DNA of 64,000 nucleotides, taken from NCBI GenBank assembly GCA_964106645.2, contig OZ067043.1. One strand, 5' to 3'. The DNA is from Podarcis pityusensis (Eukaryota). Below the pieces are notes generated by a model. That model saw nothing but the letters and a program-made list of their open reading frames with translations, did no database searches and was not told the DNA's origin. Position 1 is the first letter of the stretch; each line of letters starts with the position of its first letter. Below, one piece after another: positions 49,534 through 62,324 of the stretch. The position numbers and the translations under genes are program-made.

Positions 49534-50336
49534 TATGGACATACATTCAAGGCATGTGTTACTAAGCATGAATGAGTGAGTTTATATGCATAAATCAGAT
49601 TGCTTTATTTCAAGAATACTTCCACATCCTGAACTGCAGGAGCTGGGACTAGATGACCCTTTGGATCTTTTCCAACTCTATGATTTTATCTCTTCTTTCA
49701 AGTTCATGGTTGCCATATCTGAAGATCAGACACTGGATTTAAAGATCTGCTCATCTGGGTTTCCGGTTCCACATTCCTTAATGGAGGCAGCCCCCACAAC
49801 AGCAGAGGATTGTCAGCGAATGAAAAGCAAGGATGACAGAGGGTAAAACACCCTTGCAAATTCCCCCCAGGGGAGTGGCTCTCACTCCAGCATGGATTAT
49901 GGGAGGCAGGGAGGCGCTGAGTGCAAAAGCACTTCGTCTAGTGAAAATCCTCCTACACTACCATTAAGAAGCAGAGGTTTTCCATTTAACTGGATCTTTA
50001 ATTGGCTTTAAAGTACCGATGTGTGAAGGGAAAGGGTTGCAACAACATGCTGCACAAATGTGCTGACCCCCAGGGAAATCACAGTCACTTGGCTCCTCTC
50101 CATATCAAGGTAACATAGCAGTTATATGCCAAGGCTTGGATTAGTGGGTCTGAACTCAGGATCATAGTTAAGCTCTGTCCTTCATAAAACCACAATCTGT
50201 AGTCAAGGTTTGTTGCCATGGTCCCAGTACACCACACTTTGACTTACTGTGATGTGTGAACCAAGCCATTTTAAGTGAGGGATGGAGGGAATTCAATTTA
50301 GTTTAAAACCAAATCTATCAAATTTGCACTTTGTCC

Positions 50337-50839
50337 TGTCTCAGGGACTCATGACCCAAACATGGATCAGGTGCAAAAGTTAATGGTTAAACCAAAGCTG
50401 TGAGGTCCATGGCTAGGAACAAGCTAAGATGTTGTCCCAACACTTGATCCACTTCCTCACCTCTCCTTTTGAAGAGCAAGGTGGGTACAGTCAGTCACAA
50501 CACTCCCATACTGGGGACTAGGCAAGCAACCACACACTTCTATGGTTAGGCTGGGTCTGGTCATGCCGGGTCAGCTGAAATTGCATCCTTGGCGATGAAG
50601 GAGGGGTTGACACTGTCTGACCTAGTCTCAGGCACCTCCCCAGAGGTGGGAAGTCCCTCACCATCAGGAGCTCAGACCGGGGCCATATCAGACACTCCCT
50701 CCTCTGCACTTGGGATATCTGCCGTCAGTGAGGTGGAAATATTCCCCAGCAACCCATTTGGTCCATTCCCCAGCTCCAGATCAGGACCTCCCCTACCACT
50801 GGGTCTCACCCCAAGATTAGGTTGCCCACTCTTGTCACA
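50337..50839 (-). mobile_element. Degraded solo LTR (Gypsy-like), tentative
   Basis: TG...CA ends, near-match 4-bp flanks GTCC/TTCC, GC-rich, minus-strand PPSSPR...RS..LL peptide similar in style to the 62325-62759 LTR. Confidence 0.45.
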
Positions 50840-52135
50840 TTCCTCCTCCCCCACTAGCCAAAAGGTTTCTGTGTGGCTTATGACAGACTTCCCTGGAATT
50901 TTGCAATGCACTTCTCCACCCAATATTTACAAAAATGCATATAAAGGGAAATGCCACATAAAATAAATATATAAGTGAACATAAATTCGATTAGGAGAAG
51001 TTTCTTGTGAAAAGGTTTACATTAGTCAAAACTGCATACAAATTGTGTTTATTCAATAAAATTTGCACTTTAGCATTGAAGAATTTTAATGAGGATTTTT
51101 AAAAAGAAAAATAACCAATTGGTCCTCCACTCCTAATATACAATATATTTTCACTAATGAAAGGCATTTACTTCTGTTATTTCAATTCATGGTCAATATA
51201 GTTCTCTCCCAATTTTGCATCCTGTTAGACAATGATGTGTAAGGCAGACAAATGGATTTTGTTTGTTTTGAAACGATAACAATTGCATCAAAGGAGCAGC
51301 ATTTTTTCGCCTATTTAACAAAATAATATAATAATGGAAAACTACATCACTAGCTTATTTTTTCTAATTAGTTATACTCCTTTGCATCTCTTTTTTAAAT
51401 GAATTACAGTAAGTGACTAAAATAGCGGGGGGGGGGGGGGGCATCTTTGCCAAAAGAACTTTCCTCATCATCACAAGCTAATGAGTGTTTAATGTCAACC
51501 GCTTCTTATTTTGAGAAAGGCATTCATTAAAAAAAAATATATCACATCACAGAACAAGAATTAGTAGTTTTATCTAAACACACTGTCTACACAGTAAACA
51601 AGTAAGCTCCATAATTGATTTTATTAGCCTGTTAATCCTTGACAGCATGATGTAACAACAGACTGCTACATGACAAAACAAAAACCAGGACGTATAATTG
51701 CCATTTTAGGTAAATCTGACTGTAGCATTTTAACCATAGATCACTGGGAATTTGTCATTTCACCAACAATGAAGCAAAATAAAGATAAATATTTTCATTT
51801 CTCTTGCATCCTCATTAGCTACTGGTCTCTTGTGCTTCATCCGAAGTGCTCTTGCTTATTTTTCAGATATCTGACAATAAATAAACATGCCGTCTGCAAT
51901 TAAGAACGGCAAATGACTGTAGCAAAGTATCTCTCGCACAGAGTAACCTAAGAATGATGGAGGAGAAGGCTATCAGTGACTGCTCCAGTGGCTGGTAATC
52001 ATAAGTGATGGAGTGTGCTTACAGGCTACCCAGGGGCACCTAGCTGTGAGAACAGGATGCTCAAGTAGATGGGTCTGATGCAGCAGGGCTTTTCTGAATT
52101 CTTATGCAATGGTCAATTGGGCGATCATCATCATT

Positions 52136-52335
52136 CAGTCTCCTTTATTGGTATACAGAAGGTACAAAAGTATATAAATCAAAACATAAAGTTGGTATCT
52201 GTTCATAAAAGAAGATGCTTTCAGATAAAACAGAAACAATAAGGTTAAAACGTCTCTCTCAAATCTTATAGTGATGTAGTTTCATGGCATATCTTAGAAA
52301 TTTTGCTACATTCTCCGTAATGTCATGGTCTTTAT
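52136..52335 (-). mobile_element. Non-LTR retrotransposon 3' end (RTE-X-like), tentative
   Basis: Minus-strand ITENVAKFLRYAMK followed by a T-rich UTR and AATAAAGG. Confidence 0.4.
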
Positions 52336-53532
52336 ATTTATTTTTCCCCAAGAAAAGTAGCTTGTGCACCTGTGTATAAGATGCAGGGAGAAAAATTACT
52401 GAAATCAAAACTCTAGTCTAGTGTGTTGTTGTTGTTTCGCCATTCATTTGTTACGTTCCATAAAACACGCACACACAACACACACATATGCCTACTGTTA
52501 TAATGCTGTTTGCCTGCTTTCATGCTCTCTTCCTCAAGCATCACTTAGGTCTGTTTCAACCAGGATTTTCTGAAACAGAGTGTTACCAAATCTATAAACA
52601 GAATTGTGTCATTACAATAGGAAAGGAGGCAAGAAGGTGACTTCCTGTGTTTTTCACAATGCATATGCCATTGGATCTGAGTCCTTCGTATTCATGGCTG
52701 TGGACCTCATAGACTTCCGGTTTCTTCAGTTCCACTTATTGTTTCTTGCAGCCTGGTTGTGTCCTCTGATTATATAGTAGGACTGTGCACTGCTCTGCCT
52801 TCAACCCAGACTTGGGCAGTGATTCTCCATGAGGCCCAACCCAAACTCAAGGGACCCTACAACTTCTTCATTTACTCAGATGTCTGTATTGGGTTTTATA
52901 TCCACTCAAGCTATGAATTTTTCATAATGAAGTCTATAAGGATTACAAATGTTTGGTAGCTGAAAAGGACTTTATGTTGACATGCGTCTGGCCTATTCAT
53001 CGAAGGAGCACTCATTTTTAATTGCTATTTATCCTATCAGCAGAACATAAGGATGCATTCTGTAGTGTATACTTACAGAATATTAAAAGTAATTTTCAGA
53101 TATGTAAGGCACAACTGAGTATATCGCCTTAATTCTGTCTTCTGTATTGTGAGAATGGAACTTTCCCCTGCTACTTACCTCTACTTGGCCAAAGCCCAGA
53201 TTGTCACAAATTTTCCCAGTGTTGTTCGGCATTCAGGGTTAACCCAAATCCAGTGCCCAGCCCTGTTTTATAAAAAGCTTCTTGAGGAATCCTAGCAGGC
53301 TAAGCTTCAGTAATATGAAATTAGCTTAAGTCGTCCTGCATCTATTGTTCACTCTAGCCCTGTATACCAGTCTGCCCAGAGTTCTGATTTTCCTGTGTTC
53401 ATGAGGGCTTTCATCGTAATACTGAGAAGACTTTTTGGCTTTTAAACTCTAAAGAAATAAGGTCATATAGCTGGAGTTGCTATAGAAATGGGCATTGAAA
53501 ATACAAACAAAAGAGGGGGTAATCCAAATGTT

Positions 53533-55736
53533 GACTTCCGGGGTGGCGCCATCGGTAATGGCAGACTCCCTCTGATCCGGAGGGACTAGCGCTGCGGAAA
53601 ACGGGTCTTCCCGCTACGGCGAAGCGGGGACCCTTTGAAAAATCACAGGCGGATGAAGCCTGTGACCATGGGACTCGGCGGGCACCTTTCGCGCCCCCCC
53701 AACTCGTAAAGGAACCTAGTTACGGGCTCCGGAGCGAAGAGGGGCAAGTGGCGCGGTGCTGAGAGTCAACTGCTTCTTCCGTGGAGCGAAGCCGCTCAGC
53801 CGTTGCCGGAGAGCGCTGCCTTTTTCCTGGGACAATTTGGCTTTTAAAACAATTACCCGTGAGTAGTTTAATTTCGGACAATTGGACTTTAAATAATGAT
53901 CTGTGAGTAGAAAGGAAAATTGGACTAAGAAATTATTCTCAATTTGGCACTGAAACAGGAAGGTCTAAACAGGAAGTCAGCCTTCCGTTTCTTGTAGATA
54001 GATTAAAGCAAAGACATGGCAAACTAGAGTTCAGAAAATCGTTTGTAAAGGATTAACTTTCATCATTTAAAATTGTTGAACCCCCTTCGGAAGCAGGAGA
54101 AGAGGGGGGATTTTTTCCGGACTGTTTAAACCTGCAGAAGAGAGTGTAAAGAAAAGTAATTTTCCACCATCTTGAACCTGGGAGTCAGGTGTCAGGATTG
54201 ACGTTCTTTGGGAAGCTCAATGACCATAGACAAACGTCTTTGACAGATAGTTAAAAGAAGAGAAACATAGTGATTCCATTGTTCTCCTTCTCATTTTAAA
54301 GGAACAAATATTGACAAAATATCTGAAAAGGAAACTTTGTTCTTTTCTTTTAAAGGCAGATTTAACAACAAATAGAAGTTCTTCCCCTAGAGGGAGCCTG
54401 TGAAACTGTTACTAAATCTGAATCGGGGAGCTCTGCAGCTGCAACAGATTACGATCGTGGGAACAGACTTCTGACCTTGCAGAACAATGTATCCAGAAGC
54501 TCTGGTGCGTGCTTTCTGCAAAACAAGTGCCCTATTGGAACAGCTACATGAGAAGACGGACTTGATGACTGTTGCGATCAGAAATTTTGGACAGGTAGTG
54601 GGTAACTATATAGAGCCCACCCAGGAATCAAATCAGGAGTGTGCTCTGACAGATCAGATGAGGGAAGAGGATGTTGCTGAACCTCGGGTGCCAGAGATGG
54701 AGGGAGTTGTGGCCCAGCAGGAACATGAGTTGTTGGATCTGATAAATGAACTTGGAAAAAGCCAGATTTGGAGAGATAGAGTTTTGCTTGGTTTGGAAAT
54801 GGGGGGTTGGATAGACCCCCCTATGCAGGGATGTTTTGACTTTCCAAGTCTGGCAATGGGCCGCAAGATGTTTGGGATTGTGAGGGCTCTTAATTCTGGA
54901 GGGACTTTGAAACATGTTTTTAAATACCACATGGAGTTTAGTGTGGACTATGGAAAAGGGGCTGATTTGTCGAGAAGGGTCAAAAACACTGTCAAGTTGG
55001 AGTTCCCACGAGTGAAAGGAGCAGGAGACAAAGTAAAGTACAGGTATAAATATGAAGAAGAGCCGCGGAAGGGACATGGAAGAGACTTAAGGGCCTCGGA
55101 CATAAGATTACCAGGTTAATGCGCCAGATTGATGGGATAGAAAGGACTGACAAAACCCAGGACCAGGAGGAAGAGACGCTGGATGAAGATTGGAAGAAAA
55201 TTTGAAGAAAAAAAAAATTAGGATTGCTTTATAAAATTGATGAATGTTAGATAAATGTTGGAACGAAATTATTTGGCTTTAGCAAAAATGTTAAAAGAAT
55301 TATGTAAGAATATGTTATGGTTATGAGAAATTGGTATAAATAAGATGTAAGTTTTAAATTTTAGGGTTTTTTATAGTAAGATAAGGTTAAAATAGACTAA
55401 GGTAATGTTATGACAGAATATTATGAAAAATGGAAAGGATTTGCTGTGATAATTAACAACTAGGATACAAAAAAAGGGAGGAGTGAGGAGGTCAATGAAA
55501 GAAGGCAATGACAGTTAAGGATTTGAGAATATTGGATCTGTTTTTAATTTTTTGTGGCTTATTTTTCTTTTTTGATTGTGTTCTGTTACGTGTTTCGTTG
55601 TTATTTTTTGATTTTGATTTTTATCAATTTGTATTGTTTGATTGTGGTTTGTTTTTCTTTTGTTTTTTCTCTTTCTTTTTCTTTTTTGTTTTTTCTGTAA
55701 TTTTAAAATTCTTAATAGATATCATTAAAAAAAAAA
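53533..55736 (+). mobile_element. Full-length non-autonomous L1-derived retroposon (HAL1-like), ~2.2 kb
   Basis: CpG-rich 5' end GACTTCCGG..., ~950-bp leader, one 210-aa ORF, L1 ORF2 C-terminal remnant, T-rich 3' UTR, poly(A); TSD CAAATGTT(G) at 53525-53532 and 55739-55746. Confidence 0.8.
54487..55119 (+). CDS. 210-aa ORF of the L1-derived element; possible diverged ORF1p
   Basis: Intact ATG-to-TAA ORF at the ORF1 position; N-terminal heptad-like and acidic segments. No domain confidently recognised. Confidence 0.5.
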   Translation: MYPEALVRAFCKTSALLEQLHEKTDLMTVAIRNFGQVVGNYIEPTQESNQECALTDQMREEDVAEPRVPEMEGVVAQQEHELLDLINELGKSQIWRDRVLLGLEMGGWIDPPMQGCFDFPSLAMGRKMFGIVRALNSGGTLKHVFKYHMEFSVDYGKGADLSRRVKNTVKLEFPRVKGAGDKVKYRYKYEEEPRKGHGRDLRASDIRLPG

Positions 55737-55804
55737 CACAAATGTTGGAGCAGAATGTTTACCTGGAATCATCCCTGGTTTTGCATGAGATCCAGCGCTG
55801 AGGG

Positions 55805-55979
55805 CCTTCCTTCAGATGTGAAGGAAATAAGCAGCTATCCTATCTTTAAAAGACATCTGAAGACAGCCCTGTTCAGGGAAGTTTTTAATATTTAACGCTG
55901 TATTGTTTTAAACACTTGATTGGGAGCCGCCCAGAGTGGCTGGGGAAACTCAGCCAGATGGGCGGGGTATAAATAATAA

Positions 55980-56026
<47 letters not shown>
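55805..56026 (+). mobile_element. L2 LINE 3' end with (TTA)n tail
   Basis: LPSDVKEISSYPIFKRHLKTALF, then gccgcccagagtggctggggaaactcagccagatgggcggggtataaat and (TTA)n at 55981-56026. Confidence 0.8.
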
Positions 56027-56028
<2 letters not shown>

Positions 56029-56814
56029 TGCTCTTAAGGTGTAGTGTGCAGGATGCTTTATAATATGTTAAACTGAGCCCCAGTTCCACTAAACCACTGG
56101 ATCTATGTTTAAACTCCTCAGCAACATATAGATTAAGCTCTTTACAGTAGATATATGCATTATTATGTACTTTATCACAAGCAAATGACATAGCCATTTA
56201 CTTTGGCTTGACTTTATCCTTTTAAACATGATTTATGGCTACAATCATGTCCTTATTCAATAACAATTAATGCAAGGAAATCTCTCAGTAAAGCAAATTT
56301 ATGCATATAAGTACTGTATGTCTTTTCAGTAAACTGGTCCTGAATTACTAAAGGGTTTGGGGATCTAAAAACTTTAAAACAACAAGCAGAGCACCTATCC
56401 TGGATTGTGAAATGGTAATCAGTTGCAGAAAGTCATTACCATATAGCATTAAGGAAATAACTTTATTAACTTGAAGACAACTGTGGCATTTCTTATTGTG
56501 ATGCTATCTATTTTGAAATACAAAAAAAAATCAATTATGTATTCCTATCATTTTTAACATTTTAAAGTTCCCATTTAAACCACTCGTTTTGCTAAGGCCA
56601 AGTGGTGAAACTCAGATCTGTTCAGCGGGTTCTCATTAATTTATTCTTTAAAAACGTGTTGGTTGCTTTTCAGGCAAAAAGTTGCATAAAGGCATTTACA
56701 ACAATATTGTTGGCATTCATCTGTCTTGAGAGACAATTAAGTGCACCTCTGGGGGTGAAGACAAGCCACTGGAGAATCACAGCACCTGCTGTGGGTGCAG
56801 AAACTGGTAACTCA

Positions 56815-57175
56815 TAACTGCTGTCTCCCGCATTGTTTTTGCTGTGTTAGCAGCACCGAAATGAACTCTTCAGCCTCACTGATGTAGTCCACAAGAATAC
56901 ATCTGGCACTAGCTTGGTTGCAGGAGTTGCCAGAAGGAGGCATACAAGATGTCTTAGGTACTCCACGCCAGATTTGGATAGGGTTTACTCCGTAGTCTTC
57001 TCCCGAAGAAAAAGTCTGTACTCCCACAAGGTAACGAGTACAGATTTTTTCCTCAGGGTTTACTCCCAAAGCCTTTCTCACAAATGAGTATAGACTCAAG
57101 GCAGTGGAGGTTTAGGATCAGGGTTTTCCATCTCCTAGATGGGCTACCTTCCCAGGCTGACAAGCCCCATCTGCT
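56815..57175 (-). mobile_element. RTE-clade LINE 5'-region remnant, tentative
   Basis: gggtttactcc repeated twice, plus ttttccatctcctagatgggctaccttcccaggctgacaagccccatctgc recalled as an RTE-family leader motif. Confidence 0.4.
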
Positions 57176-60100
57176 CCTCATTTCCTTCTACAGTTACAGC
57201 CTTCTTGATCCACTATTTGTCTGTTCCCTCAATCATCTTCACATGCACCTAAACCAGAATACAATTTTAAAAGCAGATAGCTGCTTCACTGTTGAGACCT
57301 GCTTCCCAAAAGGAAAATGGCTGCCGCTGAAATGAGCAGGCTGCAGTGGTCTGCATTTGTGTGGACCATCTGTATGCTTGCATATTGGTAGATGGGGGGA
57401 CATCTGTTCGTGTATTTGCATGTGGTTCGTGTGCTACTGTGAGGTTTTACAGATAATGCGTGTCACTGCATGTACCTGTGTGTATTTAGATATACACTGA
57501 TGTTCTTCATCTATTTAAATATTTCTGTCAGGTTCACTTCATGTGCCATCGGTGACAAAAACAATGGACTAAGTTCCTGAGCATTTTAGGCCACACTGTC
57601 TTGGTTTAGTTCCCCCACCTCTTGCATCTAAACAAAAATAGAATATACTATATGTCTAGTACAGTACAGTACTATATGTCTAGTACAGGCGGGGCTGACA
57701 AAGACTCCTGTCTTTAGAACCACTACCAGGTGATGTAGTCAGTGCAGAGAAAGATGGACCAATGGTCTGATTCAGCGTGTGGCAACTTCCTATGTTCCTA
57801 CTTAACCAAAGAAAATGATTGATGTTGGAATCCAGGCCTGGAGACATAGTTTGTTGCTTTAACACAACCCGTGACACATTGTTCCTGCTATAAATGGTAT
57901 ATTTTCCTACCTTCCCCATATAAAGCAGGACTTGAGTTCTTGCAAGTGAGACCCCTGTGAGCCTCACTGCCCTGATGTTAAAGGAACAAGGGGTACATCT
58001 GAGTGAGAAACTGGAACCATAGCTGACACTACTTGATAAATAAGTGTTCTTGTAGCTTAAGTGAGAAGGCATTAAAATACAACTTGAGAAAAACAGCTTT
58101 AACCTTTTCTTCAACACATCATTCTTATCTTGGCATTTGTAGAAGGGAAGGGTAGTTAAATTAAAGGGAGCTATGTACATAAGGCCAGTGCTTTAACTTT
58201 TATCATCAATGTGCAATTGCCAAACAGTTTACATCATTAAAAACAAACTGAAATCCACTTTTAAAAAAAACCTAATGGAATTAAAACTAGGGACAAGATC
58301 AAGTATCTATCAGCAAACAGGGCTTCAAGTCTTCTTTTGACCTGTCTCCAGAAAAGAAGACTACATCAGGCCCAAACCAATCTCCTAGTGGAGGAAATGC
58401 CACAGTATGAAGGCAGCCACTGAAAAGGTTCTGCACTTTGTGAAAACTACGCTCACTCTACTAAAGATGTCACCCTGAATAGGGCCTAACTAGCAGATTG
58501 TGAAGCAAAGGGAGAAGGGTTGATAAAAGAGTGAATATCACATCCTTCAGTCACAACTGCCTCCCCTTTATTTGCAAATATTGGACATTTAGGCACAAAG
58601 CTAGTATTTCATGTGATCTTTCACAGAATATTTTAAATGTTTAAACCAGTCTACAAACAAACAACAAAATCACTACATCTGATACTCCAAATGACAAATT
58701 AATTCCCTTCCTCAGATTTTATATGACTTCAAATTTGATTGTGGATAGAGGTTTTTAAACCATTAAAGTTGTTTTCCTCTGATATGAACATGGGGTCAGA
58801 TTAGGTATCACTGCAGTTTATCTACTTTAAAACAGTGGGAAGAGGTTTCTTTCACTAGAGCTTATTAGAATCATTGTCAGATTAGCCAGAGGCAATTTTA
58901 GCCTGTCAAATGTATAGGTGCCTTTTGGAAAATTGTAGCTTTTATTGATCTTAAAGAGGGGTTTTTTTTAAAGGAGAAAGAGCTTTGAAAAACATACAAC
59001 ATGGGCAATAAGCTAATACTAGCTTCTGTTGTTTATTTACATTTTCATCTCTTCACCTTCTTTGGGGGGTTCTTTTTCCACCCCTGTAGTCTTCCAGTTT
59101 TCAGTGCCAGAAACACAACCTCTGCAGTTTTCCACAGAGCAGCAAAATAAACACAGCCCATTGGTCTTGGCTTTGAGTCAAGGCAGCTTCCTTCATGCAG
59201 CAGGGAGCACTCTTGGGCAATCCATTCCAGGCTACCTTTGGCCTTTCACTCTGGCTATTGGAAGAATTTACAACCTCTCAGAGCTCAACTCCAGAACCTG
59301 TTTCATGGGATATTAATGCATTTGCTTTCAATATTGACCAAAAGTAGCCAATATTGCACCCTCTTTTCCAAACTGTTTTTCATGTTCTGTCAAGAGACGA
59401 TGGTATACATGTTGTCTCTCACTGAAGGTTGCTGTGAGGGCCAGGACCACTTAAGAACCCATTTCAGAATGTGGTTTCAGCTGAGGTTAGGTGGTACTGG
59501 GTAAAAAGTTGATTCCAAGGCATCCTAGATTTCTGATGTAAACATTCCTACAGGGCAGGAGCCCGTCACAGGGGAACACATTCTTGTGATATCCATTCAT
59601 CAGTCTTCAGATGAATCAGTAGTCAGATCTGCTGAATAAGCAAAACAAGAAGGTAAGGTATAGCAGGCATGGTTATTCCATAAGCTTCATACTTCTTGCT
59701 GATTGCTGGCACAAATGCTGAAGATTCCTTCTGTACCAGAAGTGGGTTCCACAGTCTGCAACACATATCACAGAGGAATGTTCATTCAGAGCTAAGCTGC
59801 ATTCCACCCTATCAGTGCAAGGATTTCTGCATGCTCAGCATTCTCCCGTCCCCTCTCCTTTCCACACCCCCAAATCTGTTACAGAGGTTCTCCCAACCCT
59901 CTAGAGCTATTTTAGGGAGGGTGCAGGACATGCATTGGGAGGGGGGAATCCCATAGTACATTTCCCATTATTTCATCACATGTCACTTGTTTTGATGAAC
60001 CATTATTGTTCTGTTCCATTTGGAAAAACTTTTGCATTTTAGAAATGATTTTATATGTCTTTATTATTGCATGTTTTATGGTTGTAATCTGGCCTGGGAT

Positions 60101-60228
60101 GTGGCAGTGAAGGAAGGGTAAGAAACCTTATAAATCTTAAAAATAAATAAATATCATTTGGTTCCTGGCTGAAGCCCATGAGCCCACTGAGTCTGTAATC
60201 CTAAACACATTGAACACTTACTTTTCAG

Positions 60229-60583
60229 CAGGGACGAAGGAAGGGGGGTACGGTGGAGGTGGTCTGTCCCGTGTGCCACCACTGAGGGGGTGTCAAAATG
60301 GCGGGCGGCACTCACGGCAAGGCCTGCAGCGTGCCTGGGAGTGCAGTCCTGGGAGTGAAGCAGTGGCTTGGGCACCTGCAGGCTCCGCGCTGCCCCAAAC
60401 GGTCCACCCGCCGCCTCCCCCTCAGCTGTAGGGCAGCTGAGTGGGAGGAGGCAGGCAGACTCCACAGAGGCCCCACGAAACATCCTGCCCCATCTGGCCC
60501 TGCCCCACGGGCAGCTGGCCCCACCCCTGGGCACAGGGCATGCACGCGCGCCCCAGGGGTCCGATCGGCTTGCTCTGCCGCTG
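60229..60583. mobile_element. GC-rich hAT-like MITE
   Basis: CAG...CTG termini; 8-bp TSD CTTTTCAG/CTTCTCAG (7/8) at 60221-60228 and 60584-60591. Confidence 0.7.
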
Positions 60584-62324
60584 CTTCTCAGTAAACCTGC
60601 ACAGGACTGTACTGTGAAAGGAGAAAATGAGTGGTGAGAAGAACATTGTCATTCTCCACTGGTGTCACTTGGTCCTGACTTAAGGAGAGGGATAGAACTG
60701 TTTGCTGAATTCTATCCAAGTGTAGCAGCTACAGTTATGATATGCAGAGAGTAGCTACCAATTTAACACGAATCATACCATGATATATGAAGTTCACATA
60801 ACCATTGGAATATCAGTGGGAAGACTCTATAATACATGAAAACATCCTTCAAGCATGTTGCCCCCAATTTATTTATTTTATTAAAACCCTGCAATAGTTT
60901 GTAATATGACAGTATTACGGTGTAGTGTGGATATTTTGACAAGGATCCCACAGACACCCTGCTTACGTTTTGAATAATATTTTTGTTTAATTCGTTTACT
61001 CATTCCCATTCCAGAGCTTCGAGATTTACAGCAAAGATTGTTTTTAAAGGGTAGTACTATGGCTGCTACATTAAACAGGCATTCTAGTGGCTTGCTACAG
61101 TAAATCACTCTGCCCTCAGCCTATCAATCCCCTCTGGGTATTTGCAGCTTTTGAAAGCTGTGTTTCTAAATGGAAAATGGCCTAGCATGAAGAAATTATC
61201 ATCCCCATTTAAAGCAAATGGGACTTTTTGCGGGAGGGAGTCTTCAGTTTCATACATGTAAAAGACCCTGGACCTTGAATGAAATAACATGTGAAACAGA
61301 AGGACACAGATATACATTTACAGGCAATTACTGTGATTGCTTGTGATTATGGTAGATCCAAAAAGTAGTTGAACACCACTTTCTGTATTCTTTGAACACA
61401 GAGGCAGTAAAGAAATTAGATGAATAAAATAGAAATGAATAAAAATGGGTTGTTACATGACAGCAATAAAAGCAATAATATGCAGGTTCTTCTACAGGAA
61501 TATGAGCAAGCGAGAACCACTTGGTGTCTGTATGTAGGAAATTCAGGAGCATGTCTGAATGTGTGAACTGGCTCAATGACCTATGCTAAATGCCTTGAGG
61601 TTTGTGTTTAATCTAGATTCTGGAGCAGGACAACCAGAAAATGATCACAGCAAACAGTTGGATTACATAGAAGTCTTCTTCAGATCTGCTGTTAGAAAGA
61701 AAGAAAGAAAAATATGTTATACATCCAGCCTGCCACTATCCCAGCAAAATGGCCTGCTTTCTAAAACAAATGTGGTTTTAAACAGATATTATGTCCATTA
61801 GATTAAAAACCATTTGGTTTTGCTGCGCAGATCAGACTACACACCCATCTTGGAGCAAAGTAACAAAGCCTTTCAACAAGATGTAAGGAATTTAAGCTAA
61901 GATACATAAAAGTGGGTTGCTGAAATACAAACTAGATTGCCAACTTGTCTGTGCAACTAAATTGAAAAGGTACAATCTAATTTATTTCCAATCTATTCTC
62001 CCCCCCACCCCAGGCTTAGTCGGTATTCAAAGCCGATATGCGAAAAGAGAGCTAGAGATATATCTACAGAAAGACAACTTAATGTGTTTTCAGAGTTGAA
62101 CTATAATGGCTGCTAGAGCAATCACTAGGCAGCACATGCAGAGCTTCCTCCAGCACACAATGTAGGTAACTTGAGTCACCATGCAGACCATCCACACAGG
62201 GCTGGATTTAGGTTTGAAGAGGCCCTAAGCTACTGAAGGTAATGGGGCCCTTTATATGTCCAGCTGTCCTTTGTCAACAACAAATTGTCACTGTTTTTTG
62301 TGTTGAATATATGCTATATGGTAA

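Noticed and set aside
57680-58180. 166-aa minus-strand ORF
   Set aside because: No homology recognised, and it overlaps a CR1-type 3' tail at ~57720-57800; likely a chance ORF.
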